A stretch of 64,000 nucleotides of DNA from Cytophagaceae bacterium. GTDB taxonomy: Bacteria; Bacteroidota; Bacteroidia; Cytophagales; JAIYAX01. The DNA lies in the NCBI GenBank assembly GCA_027488815.1, contig JAIYAX010000012.1, positions 531,379 through 595,378 of the forward strand, read 5' to 3'. Position numbers and translations under genes: made by a program. Below the pieces are notes generated by a model. The model searched no databases, was not told where the DNA came from, and saw only the letters and a list, made by a program, of their open reading frames with translations. This document shows positions 27,401-35,738 of the stretch, piece after piece; position 1 is the first letter of the stretch; each line of letters begins with the position of its first letter.

Positions 27401-29962
27401 GATGCCCCGGGGGAACAAGCGAACATCCTTTTTGAGTCACCCATGAAAGGGATGGCCTTATTGACCATTGAGAACGGATCTGATATTCTTCATAGCCGAT
27501 GGCATGAAGTAAATGAAGGCAGGAATTCCATTAGTTACCCAATTGAGAGTGGAGCAGCGCCGGGCATTTATGCATGTATTTCTTTGATTCTACCTCATGA
27601 AGCCGTTCAAAGCGGGCAGCCCCTGAGGCGCTATGGCTATTTGTATCTTCCTGTGGAAGACCCTTCTACCCGCTTGCTCCCACAATTGATCTATACGGCT
27701 GAAGCACGTCCCGGTCAAAAGTTAAGTATCAAGGTAAAAGAACAAAACAGCAAAGCCATGGCTTACACGCTGGCGATTGTGGATGAAGGCTTGCTAGCAC
27801 TTAACAGGTTCAAAACACCTGATCCGCATGATGCCTTTTATGCCAGGGAAGCACTGGGGGTTCATTCCTGGGATTTGTATCCCTATGTCATTGGCACTTA
27901 TAGTGGACAGTTTGGAAGATTATTGTCAATAGGCGGTGATGGCGAGTTGCCTGTACTTCAGCCTGATCCGGAGCGGCACCTCAAAAGCTGGGTGCATGTA
28001 AAAGGTCCATTTTTCCTGAAGAGCGGGCAGACCGCTGAGCATTTTGTTCAAATTCCTTCGTTCAACGGAGAGGCAAGGGTTATGCTGGTGGCCGGGTACC
28101 AGGGGGCCTTTGGTCAGGTGGAACAAAAACTGAAAGTGTCACAACCCCTGAGCATGTTGGTTTCTCTGCCCAGAATGATCTCTGAAGGAGAGGAAATTCT
28201 TGTTCCGGTGAATGTTTTCAACCAGAGAAAAGAGCCCAGAAGTGTTCAAATGACCATCAAAACGGAGGGCGTGCTTCAATCCATGAGCAGTTCAGCAATC
28301 CAACTGACAGTAGGGGGGCAAGGCAGTCAGCTGGCCTATGTTAAGCTAAAAGCAACGGCTTCCGGCAAAGGCTATTTGAATCTGGCCATCAGCTCAGGCA
28401 CCGACAAAGCCACTGAACGATTTACCCTGGAAATCACCGATCGCAGCCCAATAGTCAGCAGAAGGATTGAAAAACAATTAAATGAAAAAGAAGAATGGAC
28501 CCTCAAATCTGATGAGCTCCCTTTGTACCAGATCAGGGAGATGCAACTGCAAGCGTCTGTATTTCAGCTTCCAAATTTGCAAGGAAGGATCAATGATCTG
28601 ATGCGCTACCCTCATGGTTGCTTAGAACAAACAGTTTCTACCGCTTTCCCATTGCTTTACCTTCCCGGGCTGAGTTCATTATCAACGGAGGATGAACAAG
28701 ATCGACAGTACTTTTTAAACACTGCCTTACGAAAGCTTGAAACTTTTCAAAGCTCATCCGGAGAACTTAGCTATTGGCCGGGTGCTTCATATTATCATGA
28801 ATGGTCAGCTCTATATGCCGGGCATTTTATGATTGAGGCCTCTTCGAAAGGCCTTTCCCTGCCGGGTACTTTATTGAAAGATTGGATTCAAACCCAAAGC
28901 CGAAAAGCCGGGGAATGGAAAGCCGGTAAGTTTCAAAGTATTGAAGTACAAGCCTATCGCCTTATGCTGTTGAGTCTGGCAGGTCAACCTGCATACACGG
29001 CACAAAACCAATTGTTGGAGCAGTACAAACCTCAGGGTGATCCTACTTTGCTACTTGCAGCGGCTTATGCTCTGTCTGGCAATGAGGCTACAGCCCAGCA
29101 AATTCTCAGAGAGGGCACCGGCTCATCGTCTACATCCATCGCAGACACCTGGGAAGTGCTCTATTCAGTGACGAGGTCAAAAGCATTAAGGCTTTACAAT
29201 CATATCCTTTTGAAGCAAACGGCAGAGGCTGAAAAGCTAGCCATTGAGCTAAGTCAGGCCATGAGCAGCGAGACATTGTACAACACTCATGAGACTTCAT
29301 GGATGCTGATGGCTTTGATGAATTACATTGACCGTAGCCATGCTAGGTCAAATCAGAAATGCCAGTTTGAATTGTTACAAAACAATAAACCACTTCCGGT
29401 CAGCACCTCTTTACCATCTGCAACTTTAGGCATGGAGCCCAGGTCTCCTTCCTGGAAGATAAAGAACACCTCTGGCGGAAAACTATACCTTCAACTGCAT
29501 TACACAGGTAAGCTGCGTTCCGAGGCCGCTATGGAGCGTCTTGCACAAGGCCTTTCACTTAAGGTCAACATCCAATTCCATAGCGATGGCAGGGAAGTGG
29601 ACTTAAGCAAAGTGAAGCCAGGAGATGAGCTGCTGGTGAGTGTGACAGTCTCTAACCTTAATCAGGAGAATAAAACAGAACAGATTGCACTTACCTTGCC
29701 TGTTCCAAATGGTTATGAGTTACGTAACGATCGATTGTTGGGTCAGAGTCAAGGGCTGGATCATATCGACTTAAGGGATCAGGAACTGCGTTGTTACTTC
29801 AACCTTTCTTCAGGAAAAAGCAAGACCATCAGTCAGCGAATCACCTGCACCCATCAAGGCAAGCTGTATTGGCCTGCGATAGTAGCTGAGAGCATGTATT
29901 CACCCGGTATCATTGCATTGGAGCCGGCACGTTGGATAAAACCTGCTGATCAAATTCCCTAA
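24428..29962 (+). CDS. Bacterial alpha-2-macroglobulin family lipoprotein (YfhM/ECAM-like), thioester-containing
   Basis: The protein is about 1845 aa. It has a lipoprotein-type signal ending VLVFSC and repeated MG-domain architecture. An intact thioester motif YPHGCLEQTVS is present (CLEQ at 28619-28630). The ATG at 24428 is preferred over the TTG at 24425. Confidence 0.9.
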   Translation: MGMNSIRTLNLLHSLLLTSVLVFSCKDSNKPAVSPQDPYFQQFISGYSAGVLSSKAGVSILFSQIPAWADLSLDELVSLEPGVKVKVSRPDERQLLIEPLEQWKPGQEYLLTLALDKLFKVEEAGFKKFQFTFQTIKQQLELQRSGLMLLADGSGYELRGSLFFADQVSKAVLDQLLQAKLEDQAIPIKFSGVLAQEKQFVIGPISVSSEATTLELNYSGEAIEAEQKGRIEVRIPANTEFIVLEHQVIQYPNQAIEVYFSKAIDPKQALDGLVTLEGVPGCKMELNANKISIFPPVRQSGTYNLLIHPNLKNNEGSNLKVAYQYPVVFESLKPALRAVGEGVILPSTSNWVVPFEAISLRSVQLTVLKVYESNMGFFLQANELDGKSEFRRVGRPIIRKTIPLASLGAYESGKWTRFSLDMNKLVSQEKGALYQVVLSFDKNDILYSCGESKAASSSETIAQEPFDADAYDVAYDSPYGYDEGYMDYYNDPEYDWQQRENPCNPAYYDWDRLLIRNLLVSNIGLIAKRGTGNELHVYATELSSARPLAGVEIKLLDFQLQLLAQGKTDSEGSVKLLGKRRPFLVLATKDKEKAFLKVEEASALSISTFDVGGVSVQKAMKGFLYGERGVWRPGDTVFVSFMLQSLGNPLPDQHPVKIEWRDPSGIKKYENTTLASVGGLYHFPIPTQTTDATGFYQARVKVGGAVFEKRFQIESIKPNRIHIEFEPGEIWQLSKGPLQIPLKARWYNGGPAAGFKASYELNLTPSKTTFKGYDNYEFDPLGIQPSPQSTTVFEGFLDTKGEAKVIVSLPAENHPFPTYKALFTGKVFEPGGDFSIDAVSLPCRRYSRFAGILKPEAKGWAGMLEAGKSHTVQLAHVNADGSPAQGKLIVNVHKLDWRWWWEDYGENIQYEQLNYQRALLEEEVSTSGGKGSFRLSTKQSDWGRYLVQVKDPVSGHFSSLILYFDWPEGRVNDGSARSGAEYLSLLSDRQLDAPGEQANILFESPMKGMALLTIENGSDILHSRWHEVNEGRNSISYPIESGAAPGIYACISLILPHEAVQSGQPLRRYGYLYLPVEDPSTRLLPQLIYTAEARPGQKLSIKVKEQNSKAMAYTLAIVDEGLLALNRFKTPDPHDAFYAREALGVHSWDLYPYVIGTYSGQFGRLLSIGGDGELPVLQPDPERHLKSWVHVKGPFFLKSGQTAEHFVQIPSFNGEARVMLVAGYQGAFGQVEQKLKVSQPLSMLVSLPRMISEGEEILVPVNVFNQRKEPRSVQMTIKTEGVLQSMSSSAIQLTVGGQGSQLAYVKLKATASGKGYLNLAISSGTDKATERFTLEITDRSPIVSRRIEKQLNEKEEWTLKSDELPLYQIREMQLQASVFQLPNLQGRINDLMRYPHGCLEQTVSTAFPLLYLPGLSSLSTEDEQDRQYFLNTALRKLETFQSSSGELSYWPGASYYHEWSALYAGHFMIEASSKGLSLPGTLLKDWIQTQSRKAGEWKAGKFQSIEVQAYRLMLLSLAGQPAYTAQNQLLEQYKPQGDPTLLLAAAYALSGNEATAQQILREGTGSSSTSIADTWEVLYSVTRSKALRLYNHILLKQTAEAEKLAIELSQAMSSETLYNTHETSWMLMALMNYIDRSHARSNQKCQFELLQNNKPLPVSTSLPSATLGMEPRSPSWKIKNTSGGKLYLQLHYTGKLRSEAAMERLAQGLSLKVNIQFHSDGREVDLSKVKPGDELLVSVTVSNLNQENKTEQIALTLPVPNGYELRNDRLLGQSQGLDHIDLRDQELRCYFNLSSGKSKTISQRITCTHQGKLYWPAIVAESMYSPGIIALEPARWIKPADQIP

Positions 29963-29968
29963 AGACTC

Positions 29969-32311
29969 ATGTTTTTAAAACGAATTCTGTTAATCCTTTC
30001 TGCGGTGATTTTAGTTTCACCCACTTCCTTCGGGCAGAAAGTGGCACTCGTGCTTAGTGGAGGTGGTGCCAAAGGATTAGCTCATTTGGGCGTATTAAAA
30101 GTGCTTGAAGAGCATAACATTCCCATCGATTATGTCATCGGCACTTCTATGGGTGGGGTGATTGGGGCTTTTTATGCAGGTGGATACTCCGTTGAGTACA
30201 TGGAGAAGCTGGCCAGAACCACCAAGTTTCAAAACTGGGTAAATGGAACGATTGAAGGAAAGTACAGCTATGAAATTTACTCACCAAGACGAGATGCAGG
30301 CGTGGTGAATCTCCGGCTGGATTTAGATACTATGCTTCAAAGTAGCTTTCAGCCCAGGGTGATTAATGATGCTCCAATAAATATGGCATTTGCAGAAACA
30401 TTCAGCCCGGCAGATGCCGCCTCAGGCTACCACTTCGATAGCCTAATGGTGCCCTTTCGTGCGATTGCCGCTGAAATTTTTACCCAACAAGAAGTGGTAC
30501 TTAAAGAAGGAAGGCTTGGGGATGCAGCACGGGCCACCATGAGCGTCCCTCTGTTTTTTGACCCGGTTAAGATCAAGGGTAAGTACCACTATGACGGAGG
30601 CATCTACAACAATTTTGCTGTTAACAGAGCAATAGAAGAGTTTAATCCTGACGTGATCATCGGGGTAAACGTTTCCGAATTTACGTTCACAGCATACCCA
30701 AGTCAGCAACGCAAGCCGGAGCCTACTGAAATACTGCGATACATCGCCATTGCCAAGAGTGACTCTACCATGCTCAGGCCCCAGGATATATATATTCAGC
30801 CGGAGGACGGGAGCTTAACTGCGTTTGACTTTAGCAAGCTGGATGAGTTCGTTTATGCAGGCTACACAGCGGCCATGACTAAACTTCCAGAAATACTCAA
30901 CAAGATCAAATCACGGAGATATGCAGAGGAGGTGTACGAGCGAAGAAGTAAATTCAATGCCCGCAAGCCAAACTTGGTGATCAGTCAATCCAGGATCACT
31001 GGCTTGCCTCAGAACAAAGGCTACCGCCACATTCAACGGTTATTTGGCAGCAGGGGAAATGAGAGGCACATAGAGTTGGATGAAGTCAAGGATAGCTTTT
31101 TTAGACTATCGCAGTCAGAAGTTCTTGATGAGCTCTATCCATCTTTCGATTACGATAGCACCTCAGGTCAATTTACGTTCAACCTCGATGGCCGCTATTC
31201 TCGTAAGTTGAAAATAGGTCTTGGAGGAGTGATCTCTACACGAAACATCGCCCAGGTATTTGCTTCAGTCGAGTACAAGTCTTTTGGCAGATTGCCATAT
31301 AATTTTTACGCCAATGCATACAGCGGCCCCTTTTACAACTCTGTGAAAGTGCTAAGCCGATTTGATTTGCCAACTGAACATCCCTTTTACATTGAGCCCG
31401 AGATTTTATTTAATCGATTTGACTGGCTTGCCGTCAGTGAGCTGGTGCTACCAACCAGCCGTGAGCAATCTTATATCGTCAACAATGAACTCTCCGCAGG
31501 GATTACCTTAGGCACCATCCTTGAGCAAAGGGGATTGGTGAAGTTGTCCTATAGACGTTTTATTCACGAGGACAAATACAGCCCTCTTTCCGTGATATCC
31601 AGCCTAGACACATTCAATGTTACCCATTTTGGTGGATCGTCCTTAGGTGTTCAGTTTGAACACAACTCACTCAATTTCAAGCAGTATCCCACAAAAGGTA
31701 AACAGTTCTCCTTGGAAGGCAAGTACATCAATGGTACAGAAGATTTCGAACCCGGTACATTCACAGGCCGGCAAAAACAAGGGGATTTCTCTCGACAGCG
31801 TCATGAATGGCTACGTTTGAAAGGATTTGCTGAAGTGTACCTGAATCTTTCTAAAAATTACAAAGTTGGATTTTTAGGGGAGGCTTTGCTATCCAATCAA
31901 CCGGTGTTTTTAAACTATATCTCTACGGTTATTTACGCTCCTGCATTTTTGCCTTTGCAAGACAGCAGGGCCAATTTTTTAAGAGATTTCAGAAGCTTCA
32001 ACTACCTGGCTTATGGTTTTAAAAACATCATCGTTTTCTCCGGTAATTTTCATGCCCGGCTGGAAGTCTATGGATTTACCAACCTCAGGCCAATCATTGA
32101 ACTTAAAAACATCAACCTGGTTGATAGCAGAGCCTCCGTTTCGGATAGATCTATCACAGGTTTTGTTGGGTCAGCCTCCTTGGTCTGGAACACATCTTTT
32201 GGCCCGCTGGCAGGAAGTTTAAACTATTACGACAACATTGCCCGAGAAAACCGGCTTGGGGTGATTTTTCATGTGGGGCTCTTGCTGTATAATAAAAGGG
32301 CTTTGGAGTGA
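29969..32311 (+). CDS. Patatin-like phospholipase with a C-terminal outer-membrane beta-barrel-like region (PlpD / type Vd-like architecture)
   Basis: It has a signal peptide. The patatin motifs are the oxyanion SGGGAKGLAHLGVLKVLEE, the nucleophile GTSMGG (Ser codon 30146-30148) and the catalytic Asp in YDGGIYNNF. The C-terminal ~450 aa are rich in alternating-hydrophobic strands. Confidence 0.8.
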   Translation: MFLKRILLILSAVILVSPTSFGQKVALVLSGGGAKGLAHLGVLKVLEEHNIPIDYVIGTSMGGVIGAFYAGGYSVEYMEKLARTTKFQNWVNGTIEGKYSYEIYSPRRDAGVVNLRLDLDTMLQSSFQPRVINDAPINMAFAETFSPADAASGYHFDSLMVPFRAIAAEIFTQQEVVLKEGRLGDAARATMSVPLFFDPVKIKGKYHYDGGIYNNFAVNRAIEEFNPDVIIGVNVSEFTFTAYPSQQRKPEPTEILRYIAIAKSDSTMLRPQDIYIQPEDGSLTAFDFSKLDEFVYAGYTAAMTKLPEILNKIKSRRYAEEVYERRSKFNARKPNLVISQSRITGLPQNKGYRHIQRLFGSRGNERHIELDEVKDSFFRLSQSEVLDELYPSFDYDSTSGQFTFNLDGRYSRKLKIGLGGVISTRNIAQVFASVEYKSFGRLPYNFYANAYSGPFYNSVKVLSRFDLPTEHPFYIEPEILFNRFDWLAVSELVLPTSREQSYIVNNELSAGITLGTILEQRGLVKLSYRRFIHEDKYSPLSVISSLDTFNVTHFGGSSLGVQFEHNSLNFKQYPTKGKQFSLEGKYINGTEDFEPGTFTGRQKQGDFSRQRHEWLRLKGFAEVYLNLSKNYKVGFLGEALLSNQPVFLNYISTVIYAPAFLPLQDSRANFLRDFRSFNYLAYGFKNIIVFSGNFHARLEVYGFTNLRPIIELKNINLVDSRASVSDRSITGFVGSASLVWNTSFGPLAGSLNYYDNIARENRLGVIFHVGLLLYNKRALE

Positions 32312-34551
32312 GGTATATTTCTTGGAAACGGGTATGGCTCGTCTTGATTGCCTTGTTGATCAGTGCTTTTTGGTGGTTCCCCATTCCTTCGTTTCCGGAC
32401 AGTTATGGTCTTAGAGTTTACAGCAATGACTCTGCGCTATTGGGTTACCGTTTGAGCAAGGAAGGGGAGTGGAGGTTTAAGAGCGCTAAACAGCTTCCGG
32501 ACACTTATCTCAAAACGCTGATCTGGCAGGAAGACCGGTATTTTTTTTACCATCCCGGCATTAATCCGATTTCATTAATCCGGGCAACCTGGGTCAATTT
32601 AAAAGCAGGAAAAGTGAAACAAGGAGGAAGCACTTTGACCATGCAGCTTTCCAGAATGCTCCTCAGAAACCGCAAAAGAAGTTTGTGGAACAAGTTTCGG
32701 GAAATCTGGATTTCCCTCTGTCTGGAGGCCAGGCATTCTAAAAATGAAATTTTACAGCACTACACCTCAATGGTACCTATGGGTAGTAATGTGGTTGGCC
32801 TTAAAGCCGGGAGCCAGTTGTATTTTGGAAACAGAGCAGAGCATTTGACTTATGCTCAATCGGCATTGCTCACCCTGTTGCCCAATCATCCAGGCCACAT
32901 TTACCCGGGCAGGAATATGGATCGTTTGCTGGGCAGACGCAATCGGCTTTTAGTTGGATTGGCTCAGGCAGGTGAAATGCCAGCCCAATTTCTTCCTGCT
33001 GCTTTGCAAGAACCATTGCCCGTTGGGAAACTGTTGATCAAAGAATTAGCTCCACATTTTGTCGATGCCTGTGTAAAGCAGGAGCCCAAAGGGGGTGATT
33101 TCTACACTACGATTGATCATAAAGTTCAGGGCTTAGCATTGAGTAAATTGGAAGAGTATATGAATCGGCTCTCTTCTCAGCAAGTCTCAAACGGAGCTGT
33201 GATGGTAATAGGAAGAGAAAGTCATGAAGTATTGGCATGGGTAGGAAATACGTCAAAGTCTGTGGATGGCCAAAGTATTGATATGCTGGATAAGCCTAGA
33301 AGTTACGGCAGTTTGTTAAAGCCTTTTTTATATGGTTTTTGCCTTTCGGAAGGTCTGCTTCTGCCTCATCAGTGGGTTGAAGATCTGCCCAGGCAGTTTG
33401 GATCCTATCATCCTAAAAACGCCTCCGGCAGACATGTAGGTCTGCTTCCGGCTTCGGCTGCCCTTGCCGGCTCTTTGAATGTCACCGCTGTGGACTGGCT
33501 GTACCAATTTGGTTATGAGCGCTTTCATTTGCTTTGCAGGGAGGCAGGCCTTACAGACCTTACTCAACCCGCAGGCCATTATGGGCTTTCTATAATTCTG
33601 GGTGGGGGAGAGGTAAGACCCTCACAAATTGCAGGCTTGTACCTCAGTCTGGCAAATGAGGGCAAAGAGGTCAACATGAACACCGGTTTGAAGGAATGGA
33701 AATTTTCCCTCTCTAAATTGAGCCCTAGTGCTGCCTACTATACCCACATGGCTTTGACAGAAAGCCGCCGACCCAATGAGCAAGGTGAATGGGTTCAACA
33801 TGGCTCAGGCACTATGGTTTCCTGGAAAACGGGAACAAGCTTTGGAGCCCGAGATGCCTGGTGTGCAGGTTTTAGCAAGAGCCATGTGGTATTGGTTTGG
33901 CTAGGTAATGCCAGCGGACTTGGCAGGCCCGGATTATCTGGTTTGCATTCCGCAGCACCTCTATTTTTTGAGCTGATTAACCGATTAGAGGCTCAGGCAG
34001 AGTTGGAATCAGAGATGCTCCCACCGGGAAGTAAGCAGGTTTCTACCTGTGGATTAACTGGTTTTCCTAAAGGGCCGTATTGCCCAAAATCAAAGCAGGT
34101 CTTGACCGATGCCAAACAGTTGAGCATGGGCGTATGCAGGTACCATGTAAAATCAGCTGGAACTTTAAGTCATGCATCCGGAGAACCTGTGGAGGCTGTC
34201 AGTTTAAACATGAGCCCGCTACTAAGCTACTACACAGGTAAAGCTGGATTGTTTGACTTTATCAATTCAAATTCCCAGACTGAAGATCGAAAGTCAGCTC
34301 CAGTTTTTCTTTATCCCAGAGGACGAGTAGTACTTTCTATTCCAAAGCATTACAAGGAGACATTTTTTATTGCTGAGGCCATTCCCGGAGACAGGGCGGA
34401 GCTGTTGTATTGGCATTTGAATGATCGTTATCTGGGCTCAACTCATCGGATGCCACATCAAATGAAAATTGCAGCCCCTGAAGGAAACTATCGACTAAAA
34501 GTGATCAATGAGAAAGGTTTGGAGCAAATCGTAAGCTTTGTAATTCAGTAA
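32308..34551 (+). CDS. pbpC: Penicillin-binding protein 1C (bifunctional-type transglycosylase/transpeptidase)
   Basis: It has an N-terminal TM anchor, GT51 motifs EDRYFFYHPGINP and GGSTLTMQ, transpeptidase motifs SLLK, SLN and KTGTS, and a C-terminal PBP1C-type beta domain. The GTG start at 32308 overlaps the patatin TGA (GTGA). Confidence 0.9.
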   Translation: MRYISWKRVWLVLIALLISAFWWFPIPSFPDSYGLRVYSNDSALLGYRLSKEGEWRFKSAKQLPDTYLKTLIWQEDRYFFYHPGINPISLIRATWVNLKAGKVKQGGSTLTMQLSRMLLRNRKRSLWNKFREIWISLCLEARHSKNEILQHYTSMVPMGSNVVGLKAGSQLYFGNRAEHLTYAQSALLTLLPNHPGHIYPGRNMDRLLGRRNRLLVGLAQAGEMPAQFLPAALQEPLPVGKLLIKELAPHFVDACVKQEPKGGDFYTTIDHKVQGLALSKLEEYMNRLSSQQVSNGAVMVIGRESHEVLAWVGNTSKSVDGQSIDMLDKPRSYGSLLKPFLYGFCLSEGLLLPHQWVEDLPRQFGSYHPKNASGRHVGLLPASAALAGSLNVTAVDWLYQFGYERFHLLCREAGLTDLTQPAGHYGLSIILGGGEVRPSQIAGLYLSLANEGKEVNMNTGLKEWKFSLSKLSPSAAYYTHMALTESRRPNEQGEWVQHGSGTMVSWKTGTSFGARDAWCAGFSKSHVVLVWLGNASGLGRPGLSGLHSAAPLFFELINRLEAQAELESEMLPPGSKQVSTCGLTGFPKGPYCPKSKQVLTDAKQLSMGVCRYHVKSAGTLSHASGEPVEAVSLNMSPLLSYYTGKAGLFDFINSNSQTEDRKSAPVFLYPRGRVVLSIPKHYKETFFIAEAIPGDRAELLYWHLNDRYLGSTHRMPHQMKIAAPEGNYRLKVINEKGLEQIVSFVIQ

Positions 34552-34602
34552 TTTGAACACTCAGGGAAGAAACATCTATTTGTTTTGATACAACCTGCAT
34601 CC

Positions 34603-34610
34603 TACATTTG
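34603..34610 (+). promoter_or_regulatory. Candidate -7 promoter box (TAnnTTTG)
   Basis: The sequence tacatttg lies 18 nt upstream of the ATG at 34628. Confidence 0.3.
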
Positions 34611-34627
34611 CTCATTCTAAAAAGCTT

Positions 34628-34987
34628 ATGGCCGAGCAGGATAAGTCAGATTTATATCGATCATTTGGTGACCTGATCTATGCTATCGCAATGGCAGACG
34701 GTATTCTTCAAGAAGAAGAGAAAAATGCCATACGCAAGATCATTGGAGACCATGCCATGATGCCCTTTGTCGATGAGTCACTTAACCGTAAAGTGAAAGA
34801 GGAGATCAGTATTGTCTCCGCTTACTACAAAGTGATGAACTACATCAAAGAGAATAAGCCTGATCCGGAGTTCCACTTTCTCCTACAAGTACTTGAAGCC
34901 CTCAGTAAGCTTAGTGCCGGGGTAGATGAAGATGATGAAAACCTCATGGAGGATTTTATCGCTGATCTTCGATCAAGGCTTAAATAA
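34628..34987 (+). CDS. TerB-like (tellurite-resistance TerB family) small protein
   Basis: The segment FGDLIYAIAMADGILQEEEKNAIRKI resembles the TerB-family helix, in which an A.ADG motif is followed by a segment containing E..E. Confidence 0.5.
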   Translation: MAEQDKSDLYRSFGDLIYAIAMADGILQEEEKNAIRKIIGDHAMMPFVDESLNRKVKEEISIVSAYYKVMNYIKENKPDPEFHFLLQVLEALSKLSAGVDEDDENLMEDFIADLRSRLK

Positions 34988-35111
34988 TTTTAATGTATTG
35001 TTTTTTAGGGACTTAGGTCAATTCCTTCTTAAGAACTGTTTGGCAGGGCTTTAGTGGTACAATTATTGCCTTCTCTAAAGCGCAAATAAATTTTCTCAAT
35101 ACAAACCAAAG

Positions 35112-35140
35112 AGAGGAGTCAAATGGCTCCTCTTTTTTTG
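35112..35140 (+). terminator. Hairpin terminator about 125 nt downstream of the TerB-like gene
   Basis: The stem agaggag / ctcctct (35112-35118 / 35127-35133) with an 8-nt loop is followed by ttttttg. Confidence 0.65.
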
Positions 35141-35165
35141 TTTTAGTATGTTGATATTTGCCAAC

Positions 35166-35738
35166 ATGAACTATACAGCCTATGTGGCCTACAGCAGGCA
35201 TCAGTTGGAACTGTTTGAAAGTGGGGGCACCGTAGACTATGCTCATGAACTGTTTCAATACATCAAGTTAAATAACCACCGAAGCACAAGAATCTTTGAT
35301 CATCAACCACTCGACCCAAGGTTGGTCAAAGCCGTTCAGGAATTGAGTTTCAGTCAACGATGGCTGTTGATTACAGAGCCCTGGTGTGGTGATGCTGCCC
35401 ATAGTGTGCCTTTGATTGCACGCATGGCTGAGCTTAATCCTCTGGTTGAACTGGAAATTTTGCTTAGAGATCGAAACCTGGAACTTATGAATCAATACCT
35501 TACTGACGGAGGCCGATCCATCCCTATGCTGATCATCCGTGATGCGTCAGGCAAGGATTTAGGGATTTGGGGTCCCAGACCCCAGGCAGCCCAAAGCCTG
35601 GTAAAAGAACTGAAAAAGCAGCCGGAGATCAGTAAACAGGAGGCTATGGAGCAAGTTCAAGTTTGGTACGCCCGAAACAAGTATTTGGACATTCAGGAAG
35701 AACTACTTAATTTGGTTGAAAAATTAGAGCGCAAGTGA
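35166..35738 (+). CDS. Thioredoxin-fold family protein (single-Cys WCGD type)
   Basis: The segment LLITEPWCGDAAHSVPLIARMAE...RSIPMLII is typical of the Bacteroidetes thioredoxin-family group. The ATG at 35166 (MNYTAY) is preferred because the longer ORF begins immediately after the terminator. Confidence 0.65.
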   Translation: MNYTAYVAYSRHQLELFESGGTVDYAHELFQYIKLNNHRSTRIFDHQPLDPRLVKAVQELSFSQRWLLITEPWCGDAAHSVPLIARMAELNPLVELEILLRDRNLELMNQYLTDGGRSIPMLIIRDASGKDLGIWGPRPQAAQSLVKELKKQPEISKQEAMEQVQVWYARNKYLDIQEELLNLVEKLERK

